Source of the DNA: a virus
Strand: one strand, 5' to 3'
DNA: 59,448 nucleotides
Virus record (IMG/VR): IMGVR_UViG_3300045988_164453
Shown: positions 46,886 to 56,074 of the stretch, piece by piece
Layout of the letters: every line of letters starts with the position of its first letter
Numbering within the stretch: position 1 is the first letter of the stretch
Notes under the pieces: model-generated
Told to the model about the DNA's origin: nothing
Databases searched by the model: none
What the model saw: only the letters and a program-made list of their open reading frames with translations
Made by a program: the position numbers and the translations under genes

Positions 46886-47059
46886 TTATTTAACAGCCCT
46901 GCTTAACCAATATTTCTTTATTTTAACTTTTAAATTATGTCTTTTTTCAAAAATATAATATGGTTCATACTTAAGCTGATGTGTTGTTATTTTATATCTT
47001 ATATTAGTTCTTTTATCCGTAAAGAAAGTTGTTCGTTTATGCTCCCATATCAATTTCAT
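46886..47059 (-). CDS. Hypothetical basic protein (57 aa)
   Basis: AGGAGGAAAAT-ATG; not in ORF track. Confidence 0.5.
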   Translation of the reverse strand: MKLIWEHKRTTFFTDKRTNIRYKITTHQLKYEPYYIFEKRHNLKVKIKKYWLSRAVK

Positions 47060-47068
47060 ATTTTCCTC

Positions 47069-47308
47069 CTATATAAAACTCAATACTATGTCACATGCTT
47101 TTATAACTCTATTATTTTTGTATTTATCTCTAATCTCTTCAGCATTATTATATATTCTCACATTGTTAGTAGTTTCACTCAAATCTATAGTAATAGCTTT
47201 TTGCTTAACATAATCCCAACCTATCAATAAATAACTATCTCCATCTATGATTATATCTCCACTAGTAGCCAAATTCCCTTTAGGATAACTCTTCTTTTTT
47301 ATTTCCAT
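47069..47308 (-). CDS. Hypothetical protein (79 aa)
   Basis: ORF in the co-directional early operon. Confidence 0.5.
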   Translation of the reverse strand: MEIKKKSYPKGNLATSGDIIIDGDSYLLIGWDYVKQKAITIDLSETTNNVRIYNNAEEIRDKYKNNRVIKACDIVLSFI

Positions 47309-47380
47309 AGTTCGTCTCTCCTTTTAACAATTTTTATAACATTTCTTGTAAATCTTCCTCGTTATACATCTTAATTATAT

Positions 47381-47605
47381 TTAATTAATCTTAATCCAAT
47401 TTACTTGCTTATTCACCAATTTATTATAAGTTTTCTCTGCTTGTTTTAAAGCGTCTTCTCTTTTCTCGAACTCCATTATTTTACCATTCATTGAAATAAA
47501 AACTTTTCCATTATCTTTTTTATATATGATAGGACTATATACATTTTTTATTGTGTGTGTTTCTCTATCAAAAATAGTTCTGTATTCTACTTCATACTTT
47601 TTCAT
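47381..47605 (-). CDS. Hypothetical protein (74 aa)
   Basis: ATG at 47605 after GAGAAGGGA. Confidence 0.5.
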   Translation of the reverse strand: MKKYEVEYRTIFDRETHTIKNVYSPIIYKKDNGKVFISMNGKIMEFEKREDALKQAEKTYNKLVNKQVNWIKIN

Positions 47606-47894
47606 AATATCCCTTCTCAATTCTTCTTAATGTTCTTTGAAGTTTATATTCTAGTTGTTCTCTTGCTAATTCTGCTGCTTCTTCTTCCGCTAAATATAAT
47701 ATTTGTTCAATTAGTATAACTACATCAACTATCTCTGATATTGTAGCAGTAGATATATTTCTACCTACTGCTATATCTTTAGATAATTCTCTTGATAATT
47801 CTCCCAGTTCTTCAATTAACTTAAGTTGTTGCGATGGATTCTTAAAATTATCTGCTATTGTTCTTATTGCTCCATTAATTTCTTCTATATTCAT
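47592..47894 (-). CDS. MazG-like nucleotide pyrophosphohydrolase
   Basis: 100 aa; LIEELGELSRELSK ... EIVDVVILIEQI. Confidence 0.65.
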   Translation of the reverse strand: MNIEEINGAIRTIADNFKNPSQQLKLIEELGELSRELSKDIAVGRNISTATISEIVDVVILIEQILYLAEEEAAELAREQLEYKLQRTLRRIEKGYYEKV

Positions 47895-48083
47895 CTATTC
47901 ATCCTTCCCCATTAGCATTTTTATATATTGTATTTCACAACTTTCTTCATCTTCAAAATCTAATTCACAATTCATACAACCCGCTCCATCTAAATCATAA
48001 GACTCATTACAGAATACTTTAAATCTCTTGTTTATATCTGCTATAAGTTCACGTTCTCCTTTTGTTTTTCTTCTACAAGCCAT
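47895..48083 (-). CDS. Hypothetical Cys-containing acidic protein (62 aa)
   Basis: ORF coupled to its neighbours. Confidence 0.45.
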   Translation of the reverse strand: MACRRKTKGERELIADINKRFKVFCNESYDLDGAGCMNCELDFEDEESCEIQYIKMLMGKDE

Positions 48084-48633
48084 ATTCTAACCCCCTATAT
48101 TTTTTAACCTCTTTTCTAAAAGCCTCAGTCTTATCATAACCACAACCAAACATCTCAGGACAGAAACCTCTGTAAATACATTCTCTAACCATGCAGCTTG
48201 CTAATTCCGGTTCAGTCTTAGCTACCTCATCCTTAACGGCTTGCCACGCCTCCCTAGTTTCAGGAGACGCGCAGCTACATAATCTTTTTCTAGATATATT
48301 GATAAGTGCTTGTGCATTTGCTTCAACTTCATGGTTTACTAAACTACCTTGTGGTAAATCATCTCTGTTAATTCCTGTACGGTCAGTTCTTTGAGTTTTA
48401 ACAAAGTGGTCTATACCAAATTTATGTCTAACAAAATGCACAGAAACCCAAGATTTCAAATCATACCAACGCCATTCAAATTTTAATTTTCTTATTGGTG
48501 AATGCTCTGATAATATCAATTGTCTTTTCCATTTACTATCAGGGTATGCTCCTGTATTTTTTCCTATTGTATTCATAGTTGCGTCCTTAACGTCTTGCCA
48601 ATTATCAGCATGTTTAAATTTATCTATTTTCAT
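48073..48633 (-). CDS. Divergent ThyX-like (Thy1-fold) protein
   Basis: 186 aa; SEHSPIRKLKFEW...HFVRHKFGIDHFVKTQRTDR resembles the ThyX EH...RHR-x7-SQR signature; visibly GC-richer than its neighbours. Confidence 0.4.
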   Translation of the reverse strand: MKIDKFKHADNWQDVKDATMNTIGKNTGAYPDSKWKRQLILSEHSPIRKLKFEWRWYDLKSWVSVHFVRHKFGIDHFVKTQRTDRTGINRDDLPQGSLVNHEVEANAQALINISRKRLCSCASPETREAWQAVKDEVAKTEPELASCMVRECIYRGFCPEMFGCGYDKTEAFRKEVKKYRGLEYGL

Positions 48634-48946
48634 TTCTTTTTACCTCCTCATAAATAATAGGATTAACTTGTAACCCTCTTCTATAATATTTACATTCTCT
48701 TTCACAGTTTGGTAATTCCATATTTCTAACTTCTAAACAGCGTTGACAATAATTATCAATTGGACCTTTTAATTTTATTTTCATTATTTCAACACCTTTC
48801 TTTTTCCACATTTTGTACATATAACTTTCTGATATTTCTTTTTTCCCTTCTTTCAATCCTATTGTAGTTCTTGCTGCATCTGCTACATCTCTATAAGTTC
48901 CACCGATATCTGTTACAGTTATTTTAACAACCTCCATATTATTCAT
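48620..48946 (-). CDS. Hypothetical protein whose N-terminus is paralogous to the N-terminus of the ThyX-like protein, with a Cys-rich C-terminus
   Basis: YRDVADAARTTIGLKEG compared with WQDVKDATMNTIGKNTG. Confidence 0.45.
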   Translation of the reverse strand: MNNMEVVKITVTDIGGTYRDVADAARTTIGLKEGKKEISESYMYKMWKKKGVEIMKIKLKGPIDNYCQRCLEVRNMELPNCERECKYYRRGLQVNPIIYEEVKRNENR

Positions 48947-49304
48947 CCTCCCCTGTTCCTAATATATCTATGCCTGTTAACTGTCTACAGTAATTTCTTA
49001 ACTTGTCCAATTGTCCAGTGACTCTACTGTGTTTAGTTTTTAACTGGCTCAATTCCCTTTCCAACTTTGCTTTTTTATTTGTAAGTAATCTAATTTGTTT
49101 TTCTAAGTAAGCATTTGCTAGGCTTAGTTCTCTATTAGCATCTAATAAGTTTTCTATTGAGTCCTCTTTAACTTCTATATCCTCTTTTAACTTACTATTT
49201 CTGTTCTTTAAGAAATCAATCATTTTATGTAAATGTTCATTTACACTTTGTTCTTTTTCTAATTCATTTACAAGGTCATTTATATATTTTCTATTTAATA
49301 ACAT
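48939..49304 (-). CDS. Coiled-coil protein (121 aa)
   Basis: Heptad-rich sequence. Confidence 0.5.
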   Translation of the reverse strand: MLLNRKYINDLVNELEKEQSVNEHLHKMIDFLKNRNSKLKEDIEVKEDSIENLLDANRELSLANAYLEKQIRLLTNKKAKLERELSQLKTKHSRVTGQLDKLRNYCRQLTGIDILGTGEDE

Positions 49305-49318
49305 GTTTAAATCCCCCT

Positions 49319-49435
49319 TTATTTGTATTCCTTAATAATTAGTTCATCTATTACTTGTGACAGTCTTAAAACTTCACTGGTCAATCCTAGTTGGCAATAT
49401 AAACTGCTAAGTATAAATTTTAACTCGTCTAGCAT
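49319..49435 (-). CDS. Spo0E-like aspartyl-phosphate phosphatase family peptide (38 aa)
   Basis: MLDELKFILSSLYCQLGLTSEVLRLSQVIDELIIKEYK carries the SQxxDxLI signature; GGAGGTG RBS; not in ORF track. Confidence 0.55.
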   Translation of the reverse strand: MLDELKFILSSLYCQLGLTSEVLRLSQVIDELIIKEYK

Positions 49436-49516
49436 AATATCACCTCCATATTTTCATTTGATAGTCAAATAAGAATAGGGAACTACACTGGTATTGCATA
49501 ATCCCCTATTTAATTG

Positions 49517-50299
49517 TTATTCATCATACTCAAATATATATGTTCCCGCTACTATATTTGTTTTCCATTTCTTGTTAAGACTATCTGATACTGCTTGTCT
49601 ACTTACATATAAATGTTTTTCTGCATCTCTTGTGCTTCTAAAGAATCCTATAACTTCTCCAGTAATTGCATCTTTGGCTACTATAGTTCCTTTTGTTTTA
49701 CTCTTATGAGCTGTCTTGGCTGCTAAATCATATCTGTCTAACCATTCTAAATTACCAGCATAATTATCATAAACTAATCCATTTTTGTGAAAAGCCATTA
49801 CATCATCATAGGTATAAGCTTTATATTTTCTATCTTTTGATTTTCTTATAACTTTATCGTTTGTGTAATATATATCAACAAAGTGATATGCTACTAACCT
49901 TGCTACATTGTATTCCTTGTATTCGCCTTGAAATTTAACTTTTATGAATTGTTTGTCCTTATTGCATCTTCTTTTATGTACAAAGTATGGTAATAAAAAC
50001 TTACCTTCTGGTATGCTTTTATATATTTTTTTAAATCTTCCATAGTTGCTTATTATGAATTGTTCTTCTGAACCTTCTATTGTCTTCCATATCTCATCTT
50101 TGAAAATCTCTTTTGAATAAAATTCTTTAAGTTGTTTTTTACTTGTATTTTCATCTATGATGTAATATCTCTTGTTAACTTTTCTATTCTTTGATTTGTA
50201 GCTTTGTAATGTTCCTTTTGTTTTGACAAATAATCGGCACATTTTTTCATAAGTGGTTTCAGTTTTTAAGTTATATCTTGGATCATATAAATATAACAT
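49517..50299 (-). CDS. HNH homing-endonuclease-like protein (NUMOD4-like plus HNH_3-like plus C-terminal NUMOD1-like HTH)
   Basis: ISNYGRFKKIY; HKNGLVYDNYAGNLEWL; FRSTRDAEKHLYVSRQAVSDSL. Confidence 0.6.
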   Translation of the reverse strand: MLYLYDPRYNLKTETTYEKMCRLFVKTKGTLQSYKSKNRKVNKRYYIIDENTSKKQLKEFYSKEIFKDEIWKTIEGSEEQFIISNYGRFKKIYKSIPEGKFLLPYFVHKRRCNKDKQFIKVKFQGEYKEYNVARLVAYHFVDIYYTNDKVIRKSKDRKYKAYTYDDVMAFHKNGLVYDNYAGNLEWLDRYDLAAKTAHKSKTKGTIVAKDAITGEVIGFFRSTRDAEKHLYVSRQAVSDSLNKKWKTNIVAGTYIFEYDE

Positions 50300-50309
50300 C
50301 ACATCACCC

Positions 50310-50663
50310 CTATTTTATTCCCAAATATTCTTTTATTACTGCTATTGCATCATCTGCTGAATAGCATATTTTACACATATATCCCTGCTTATATAACCAA
50401 TCTAGCCATTTAACTTGTTCTATGGTGCATTTATTCTTTCCATATTTCATCTCTATTGCTAGTCCTATGTATTTACCTTTAGGCGATAAAAGTAGTAAAT
50501 CTGGAACTCCAGCTCGCATACCAAGTCTTTTTAATTCTGCTCCTGTTATCTTACTTCTTTTTGCTTCATTTGGACAATGAAAAATCCATTTAAGTTCTTC
50601 AAACCTATCAGAATTCCAACTGCACCATTCTATGACTGCTTTCTGCTCTTGTGCTTCACTCAT
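50310..50663 (-). CDS. VRR-NUC domain nuclease
   Basis: EQKAVIEW...GVPDLLLL...LAIEMKYGKNK. Confidence 0.7.
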   Translation of the reverse strand: MSEAQEQKAVIEWCSWNSDRFEELKWIFHCPNEAKRSKITGAELKRLGMRAGVPDLLLLSPKGKYIGLAIEMKYGKNKCTIEQVKWLDWLYKQGYMCKICYSADDAIAVIKEYLGIK

Positions 50664-50746
50664 ATTTACTCATCTCCACTTCTCTAGCTATATTAATAGC
50701 CATAGTTATCGCTTCATTTAAGCTATAGCCTAGCTCATAGTAGAAT

Positions 50747-50932
50747 TTAGCAAACTTTATAACCTCTTTCATCTAATCCCCCCAACAATCTATGATAAAC
50801 CTTATATAGTTCAGCATATTTGTTTTTATTTAATAAATCATGCTCTATCCTTTTTGTCTCAAGTTCTTTTATCATTTTTTCTAGGTCCTGTAGCATTTGC
50901 ATATTTCTTATTTGTAATCCTGTTAATTTCAT
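50747..50932 (-). CDS. Hypothetical protein (61 aa)
   Basis: ORF coupled to its neighbour. Confidence 0.45.
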   Translation of the reverse strand: MKLTGLQIRNMQMLQDLEKMIKELETKRIEHDLLNKNKYAELYKVYHRLLGGLDERGYKVC

Positions 50933-51117
50933 TACTTCACCTCTTCTATTATTGGATCATAACTACATACTCTAACTTCATCTTTTATTCTTCCATTTAC
51001 TAAATTACCGCATTCTCGACACTGACTTACTACACCTAGTCCTTTTACTTTAAGATGCATCATTGTGCCTCCACAGTTTATGCAGCTTTTTTCTTTACCC
51101 CCTAGTACCTTTTTCAT
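50932..51117 (-). CDS. Zinc-ribbon protein (61 aa)
   Basis: CINCGG...CRECGN. Confidence 0.5.
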   Translation of the reverse strand: MKKVLGGKEKSCINCGGTMMHLKVKGLGVVSQCRECGNLVNGRIKDEVRVCSYDPIIEEVK

Positions 51118-51135
51118 TAGTTTTCATCCCCTTAA

Positions 51136-52044
51136 CTAATTTCCCATTATTTTTTTCTTTTCTCTGCTAATGGTGTTTTGCGCTACTCCTAATAAATCTG
51201 CTATTTGCTTTTGTTTCAGTCCTTGTTTCATAAGTACTGATATCTTTTCTCTTCTTTTTTCTAAGTCTTCTTTATCGTATTTTCTCTTTTTGATTGGTTT
51301 ATCTATTTCTTTTCCTTTTAATTCTTTTGCTAACATTTCTAGTGCTTTTGTTTCTAACCTGTATAACTTATGATTTGGAATGTTCATTATTTTTGATATT
51401 TCTTTTAAATAATACCCTCTAAAATATTTAAGTTCTATTATTTCTCTAAGTTCTGCAGGTAATTTTTGAATTGCTTGTTTGATTATTATTTTATTTATGA
51501 TTTGTTCTTCTGATATGTTATTGTGGTCTGGTATTATATCTTTTTTATCCTTTTCTTCATCAACCGGTGAAGGTCTATCTAGTTCGGCATAATTCATTAA
51601 TTGTAATATCTTTTCAATATCTTTTTCATCTGCTTCAAGATATTTTGCAATTTCTTTTTGTGTCGGAAATTTATGTAACTCATTTATTAATTTAGGTGTA
51701 GCTTCTAATATTTGTTTTTTTAGTTGATAATCTTCTCGGTGCAATTTATATGGTAAATTTTCTCTCTTGTCTCTTATAAATTTTATGATTTGCCAGTTTA
51801 TTAGGTTATATGCATAAGTTGTAAATGCTATCTTGTCATATTTATCTGGTTCAAAAGTATCAACTGATTTTATGAGTCCTATTGTTGCTTCTTGTTTAGC
51901 TGTTTCAATGTCTATCGTTTCACTTCTTGTATATTTTATTGCAATACTTATAGCAATTCCTATATTATTTTCAATTAATTGCTTTCTGACCTCTTTATCG
52001 CCATTTCTAGCACGTTCAAACATCTCTTTAGTATTATTATTCAT
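51136..52044 (-). CDS. Sigma-70 family RNA polymerase sigma factor with an extra C-terminal HTH
   Basis: 302 aa; region 2 AFTTYAYNLINWQIIKFIRDKR; region 4 LPAELREIIELKYFRGYYLKEISKIMN; C-terminal LKQKQIADLLGVAQNTISR. Confidence 0.75.
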   Translation of the reverse strand: MNNNTKEMFERARNGDKEVRKQLIENNIGIAISIAIKYTRSETIDIETAKQEATIGLIKSVDTFEPDKYDKIAFTTYAYNLINWQIIKFIRDKRENLPYKLHREDYQLKKQILEATPKLINELHKFPTQKEIAKYLEADEKDIEKILQLMNYAELDRPSPVDEEKDKKDIIPDHNNISEEQIINKIIIKQAIQKLPAELREIIELKYFRGYYLKEISKIMNIPNHKLYRLETKALEMLAKELKGKEIDKPIKKRKYDKEDLEKRREKISVLMKQGLKQKQIADLLGVAQNTISREKKKIMGN

Positions 52045-52085
52045 AATTACTCCCCCCTTACCAGGGGAAATCCCCTGGAATATAA

Positions 52086-52817
52086 TTATTTGGCATAAAA
52101 TCTATAGTTTTCTATATCTGTTCCAAATTCTATTATGTTTCCTTGAGCCATTTCAACTAATCTGCTTGCCACTGCTTCATCCCAACTAACTATTTCATCA
52201 ATTGACTTTTCTGTACTAATAATCATAGGTTTTTTCTTAAGATATCTTTCATTTACTATTTCAAATATATATTTTAAATCTGCGTCTGTTGGCTTTCCTT
52301 TTAAAAAGTCATCTAGAAAAAGAACTCTTGGTACTTTGTACTTATCCATTTCTCTTATAAAATTTGTTTCATCCATTACTGATTGTTTAAGATTTATTAA
52401 CATAGTTGTATATAGTTCATATTTGCAAAGTACATTTTTGCCAATCAAATTAATCATTGTTGCTGCTCCTAAATGTGTTTTACCTACTCCAGGTCTACCT
52501 GTAATAATTAAGCTTGAATTTGTATCAAGGAAATTATTGCAATAGTTTATAGCTTTATCTCTCGCCGCTAATTGAGTTTCATTATTCACTTTATAATTTC
52601 TAAATGTTTTATTCTTGAACACTTCATCTAATCCACATTTTTTTAATTTTTCTTTGGATTCAAATTTATCTTTACATTTGCATGGCACTGCTTGCCCTAA
52701 ATCATTAAATGTATAATGTAAATCCCTACATATAGGGCACTCATATTCTTTTATATTATCTCTTTTAGGGATATTATTAACTCTCTCCATTAATATCTTT
52801 TTAAAAGTTTCATTCAT
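52086..52817 (-). CDS. DnaC/IstB-like AAA+ helicase loader with an N-terminal zinc motif
   Basis: CPICRD..CKC; Walker A GRPGVGKTHL; Walker B VLFLDDF. Confidence 0.75.
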   Translation of the reverse strand: MNETFKKILMERVNNIPKRDNIKEYECPICRDLHYTFNDLGQAVPCKCKDKFESKEKLKKCGLDEVFKNKTFRNYKVNNETQLAARDKAINYCNNFLDTNSSLIITGRPGVGKTHLGAATMINLIGKNVLCKYELYTTMLINLKQSVMDETNFIREMDKYKVPRVLFLDDFLKGKPTDADLKYIFEIVNERYLKKKPMIISTEKSIDEIVSWDEAVASRLVEMAQGNIIEFGTDIENYRFYAK

Positions 52818-53654
52818 CTAATCACCCCATATATTTTCATCTAGGCTATCTAATAATTTATTACTTTCTTCCAATCTTCTTTTAAACTCAGCATCATCAC
52901 ATTGTTTTTGTGTTGCTGGTATAAATTTCTTAGTTTGTGAAATACTTTTAGTAGAAATGTTTTTAACTAAATCTTTTTCCACTGCTTCTATTACCCACCT
53001 TTTAATAGTTAAGTAGTGGTTTTTATATTTCTTCCCAGTCTCTTCTATATACTCGTCCAATTTTTCTATAACTAAATTAAATTTATATTCATCCAATTCA
53101 TTTAGAAGCTTTTCTTTTTCGTTATCTGTTAGTAATACATGGTTATAATTACCATATTTATGCTTTATTTTTTTTTTATCTTTCTCTTTATCTTTATCTT
53201 TCTCTTTATCTTTATCTTTCTCTTTCTCTTTCTCTGTCGGACATTGTCCGGACAAAAGAGGGACATTGTCCTCACTTTGTCCTTTTGCTCTTTGAAGTCT
53301 TTTCTTTTCTGCCCATTTAGATTCAGAACCTATCATATTTTTAAGTTGAGTTAAATATATTTCTCCATTTTCCAATATTTCAATTAAGCCAGTCCTTTTT
53401 AATAATTCCATAGCTACTATTACTGTATCTTGATCTACTCCAGTTATTTTAGATAATGTTTTAACATCATAAGGTATTAACATTTCACCAACTTTTCTAA
53501 TAAGTCTACCTTCACTATTCATAGCTTTAAGGCATAATTTCAAATAAAAATTGCTATAATATACTCCTTTTTCTTGCTCTTCTATCCAAGATATAACATC
53601 TTCCTCAAAGAAATCTTCTTTGAGTTTTATCCAGTAATATTTTTTATCTGACAT
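52818..53654 (-). CDS. Phage replisome organizer (DnaD-like N-terminal domain)
   Basis: KKYYWIKLKEDFFEEDVISWIE...YSNFYLKLCLKA; KEKEKDKDKEKDK low-complexity linker. Confidence 0.7.
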   Translation of the reverse strand: MSDKKYYWIKLKEDFFEEDVISWIEEQEKGVYYSNFYLKLCLKAMNSEGRLIRKVGEMLIPYDVKTLSKITGVDQDTVIVAMELLKRTGLIEILENGEIYLTQLKNMIGSESKWAEKKRLQRAKGQSEDNVPLLSGQCPTEKEKEKDKDKEKDKDKEKDKKKIKHKYGNYNHVLLTDNEKEKLLNELDEYKFNLVIEKLDEYIEETGKKYKNHYLTIKRWVIEAVEKDLVKNISTKSISQTKKFIPATQKQCDDAEFKRRLEESNKLLDSLDENIWGD

Positions 53655-53667
53655 AGTCACCACTTCC

Positions 53668-53904
53668 TTAACTCAAGCTGTTTTTATATTCATTTTCATT
53701 AAATGTAATTCCATATAAATTTATATCTATATAAGATTGAATATAATAATATAAATTTTCTTGAATATATTGGAATACTAAAGATTTTGTATGTTTGTCA
53801 CATTCAAGCTGCTTATCAAATATATCTATAAGATTTTCAAAGGTTTTTATTCTATTTTCTGCTTTTCTTAAAGTACTTTTATCTGTAAATTCATACAAAT
53901 CCAT
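53668..53904 (-). CDS. Hypothetical protein (78 aa)
   Basis: ATG at 53904 after AAAGGAAGTGG. Confidence 0.5.
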   Translation of the reverse strand: MDLYEFTDKSTLRKAENRIKTFENLIDIFDKQLECDKHTKSLVFQYIQENLYYYIQSYIDINLYGITFNENEYKNSLS

Positions 53905-53933
53905 TTTTACCACTTCCTTTGTTTGTTTTCTAA

Positions 53934-54815
53934 TTACAATAAACTAACTTGTCCTTCTATGTTACTTTCATCAGTTTCAGTGACTTCATTAAACTCTACA
54001 TCTTGTATTTCATCATCTACAGTTACATCATCAACCTTTGGATCATATTCAATTAAAAGTTGTAATACTTCATCTGCTTCTTCAAATTTAAGATGTTTTA
54101 AATCATATCCATTGCTAGTACAGAAACACTCTAACTCTTTTATGTCTTTAGGATTATTGAAATCATATAATCCCTTTTGTGATGCCATTGCCATTATCTT
54201 ATTCTTTTGCTTAGTTGATGCCATGCCTGGAATTATTTCTTTTTCCGGTAATTTCGTATCTATTCCCATTTCAGATGCATCATATAATCCTTGTAAATCT
54301 TCCGGAAATGCCTCTCTTAATGCCGTTACCATTGCACATTTTCTAATCATTACACAAGGCATTTGCTTCCATGTTGACTGTCCCTTACTGTATTCTTCCA
54401 TACTTACTGTTGACTTAATAGGGAACTTCATATCCTTTACATATACTTCAGCCCATCCACCGATTAATTTTTCATTTATACCTTTTAATGCTCCTTCTCT
54501 TTCTATCATGTTTCCGTCTTTATCAATCGTTACTATTCCAGCTTTCATGCCTTCAAATCTTGGATTTCTATATGCTCTTTTAACAAATACATCTTTACCG
54601 ACTACTATATTTGCTGGACTATTACCGAATTTAATAAGATATGCTTCTCTTATAAATGGATTTAACTTTTGAGCCTTGCATAATTCTATAAACATCATTG
54701 TTTCTTGGTCTGTTATGTTTCCATTACCGCTTACTAAATAATTTTTTACAGTTTCAGCATTTAATACTTGTCCACCTTCTAAAGTATAAGTTGCCAGTTG
54801 TAATGCATTACTCAT
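53934..54815 (-). CDS. recT: RecT-family single-strand annealing protein
   Basis: KLNPFIREAYLIKFGNSPANIVVGKDVFVKRA... Confidence 0.75.
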   Translation of the reverse strand: MSNALQLATYTLEGGQVLNAETVKNYLVSGNGNITDQETMMFIELCKAQKLNPFIREAYLIKFGNSPANIVVGKDVFVKRAYRNPRFEGMKAGIVTIDKDGNMIEREGALKGINEKLIGGWAEVYVKDMKFPIKSTVSMEEYSKGQSTWKQMPCVMIRKCAMVTALREAFPEDLQGLYDASEMGIDTKLPEKEIIPGMASTKQKNKIMAMASQKGLYDFNNPKDIKELECFCTSNGYDLKHLKFEEADEVLQLLIEYDPKVDDVTVDDEIQDVEFNEVTETDESNIEGQVSLL

Positions 54816-55143
54816 TTAAAGTCACCTCCTTTAATACAGAATGTTCATTTTCATCACATATTTGCATCACTAAGTTTTCGTGAACATATTCCCTAGCAAA
54901 AGTTTCAACATCAAAAGTTTCAATATCAAACTCTGTTTCGTTTACATTTATTACATTTTCTCTAAACACTTTCATTTCCAATCTATCTCCGTTAAAAACA
55001 TTGTAAACTCTATCTATTGTCAACATCCCAAATGATGGGTAATATTCAAACACAAAATTTATATCATTTATTTTCACTTTGGTTTTTATTACTGTAGAGG
55101 TACTAAAACCGATGCCAATTTCAAAAACTATTTTATTACTCAT
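54808..55143 (-). CDS. Hypothetical protein (111 aa)
   Basis: ATG at 55143 overlaps the upstream stop. Confidence 0.5.
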   Translation of the reverse strand: MSNKIVFEIGIGFSTSTVIKTKVKINDINFVFEYYPSFGMLTIDRVYNVFNGDRLEMKVFRENVINVNETEFDIETFDVETFAREYVHENLVMQICDENEHSVLKEVTLNE

Positions 55144-55348
55144 TAGCTTCACGCTCCTTGATTATTTCATTAATAATAAATTCTTGATTTTGTTCGAAAG
55201 AATCTAGTATTGAATCAGGCAAACCCAAATATTCAATTGCTTCTTTATAGTCAGTATCTAATTTTTCTTTCATCTTTTTATATTCATAAATTTCTAAAGT
55301 AACCTTACCTAAGCAAAATATAAGTTCATTTATTTCTTTATTATTCAT
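55136..55348 (-). CDS. Hypothetical protein (70 aa)
   Basis: ORF in the early operon. Confidence 0.5.
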   Translation of the reverse strand: MNNKEINELIFCLGKVTLEIYEYKKMKEKLDTDYKEAIEYLGLPDSILDSFEQNQEFIINEIIKEREANE

Positions 55349-55648
55349 TTATACACTCTCCTTATTTTTCTCTTGTTTTATGAAATCTTTTATTGCAAGG
55401 CAATAGCTTAAATCATATTCATCTAAAGGGCTATTATCTATTTCGTATTGTTTAACATATTCTTCAAGTTCTTCAATAGGTTTATATCCTTCTAAACATT
55501 CCCTTGCTCCATCTATATAACCCCATTTGCTATCTGCATATACATCATAAGGACTACTTAATTCTGCATATAATAGCCTAGTTTGAAATGTAGGTTCACT
55601 ATTTCTAAAAGCCTGATTACATCCTTGAAATAAATCTCTAATTTTCAT
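55349..55648 (-). CDS. Hypothetical protein (99 aa)
   Basis: ORF in the early operon. Confidence 0.5.
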   Translation of the reverse strand: MKIRDLFQGCNQAFRNSEPTFQTRLLYAELSSPYDVYADSKWGYIDGARECLEGYKPIEELEEYVKQYEIDNSPLDEYDLSYCLAIKDFIKQEKNKESV

Positions 55649-55747
55649 GTTCTAAATCATATCCTTTCGTGATATAATATAGAAAAAGTAAATTTCTAAT
55701 TACTTAACTTTTTCTAAAGATAGGACCTATTGCCGTAGGTTCTATTT

Positions 55748-56053
55748 TTATATTCCCATGTAAGCATCTGCTCTATTTTCTCTTTCATCTTCATCTGCTT
55801 CATCTAGTTGTTTAATTTCTTCTTGCATCATTGCATCAATTTCTTGTAGTATTTCTTTTAAATCCTTGATTTCGTATGCTGTTCTTATTTTGCATGCTCT
55901 CCAGTATTCATGGTTTGCTGCTTCTCCTACTCTATTAGTTTCATATCTATTTTTATAATTTTTAATTTGTTCATCACATAACTCCATGAAACTCTCACAT
56001 ACTGTAATCTTATTTTTGATACTTTCTCTGACTTCATCTAATATCCAATTCAT
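55748..56053 (-). CDS. Hypothetical acidic protein (101 aa)
   Basis: ORF in the early operon. Confidence 0.5.
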   Translation of the reverse strand: MNWILDEVRESIKNKITVCESFMELCDEQIKNYKNRYETNRVGEAANHEYWRACKIRTAYEIKDLKEILQEIDAMMQEEIKQLDEADEDERENRADAYMGI

Positions 56054-56074
56054 TTATTTATCCTCCTTTAATTA

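Noticed and set aside
53165-53235. ctttatc/ctttctc microsatellite-like tract
   Set aside because: It encodes the KEKEKDKDKEKDK linker of the replisome organizer. It is a coding low-complexity tract, not a regulatory array.
53923-54672. 249-aa plus-strand ORF
   Set aside because: It is entirely antisense to the well-supported RecT gene. It is Ser/Leu/Phe-rich and low in complexity, as expected for the reverse frame of an AT-rich gene, and it has no RBS.
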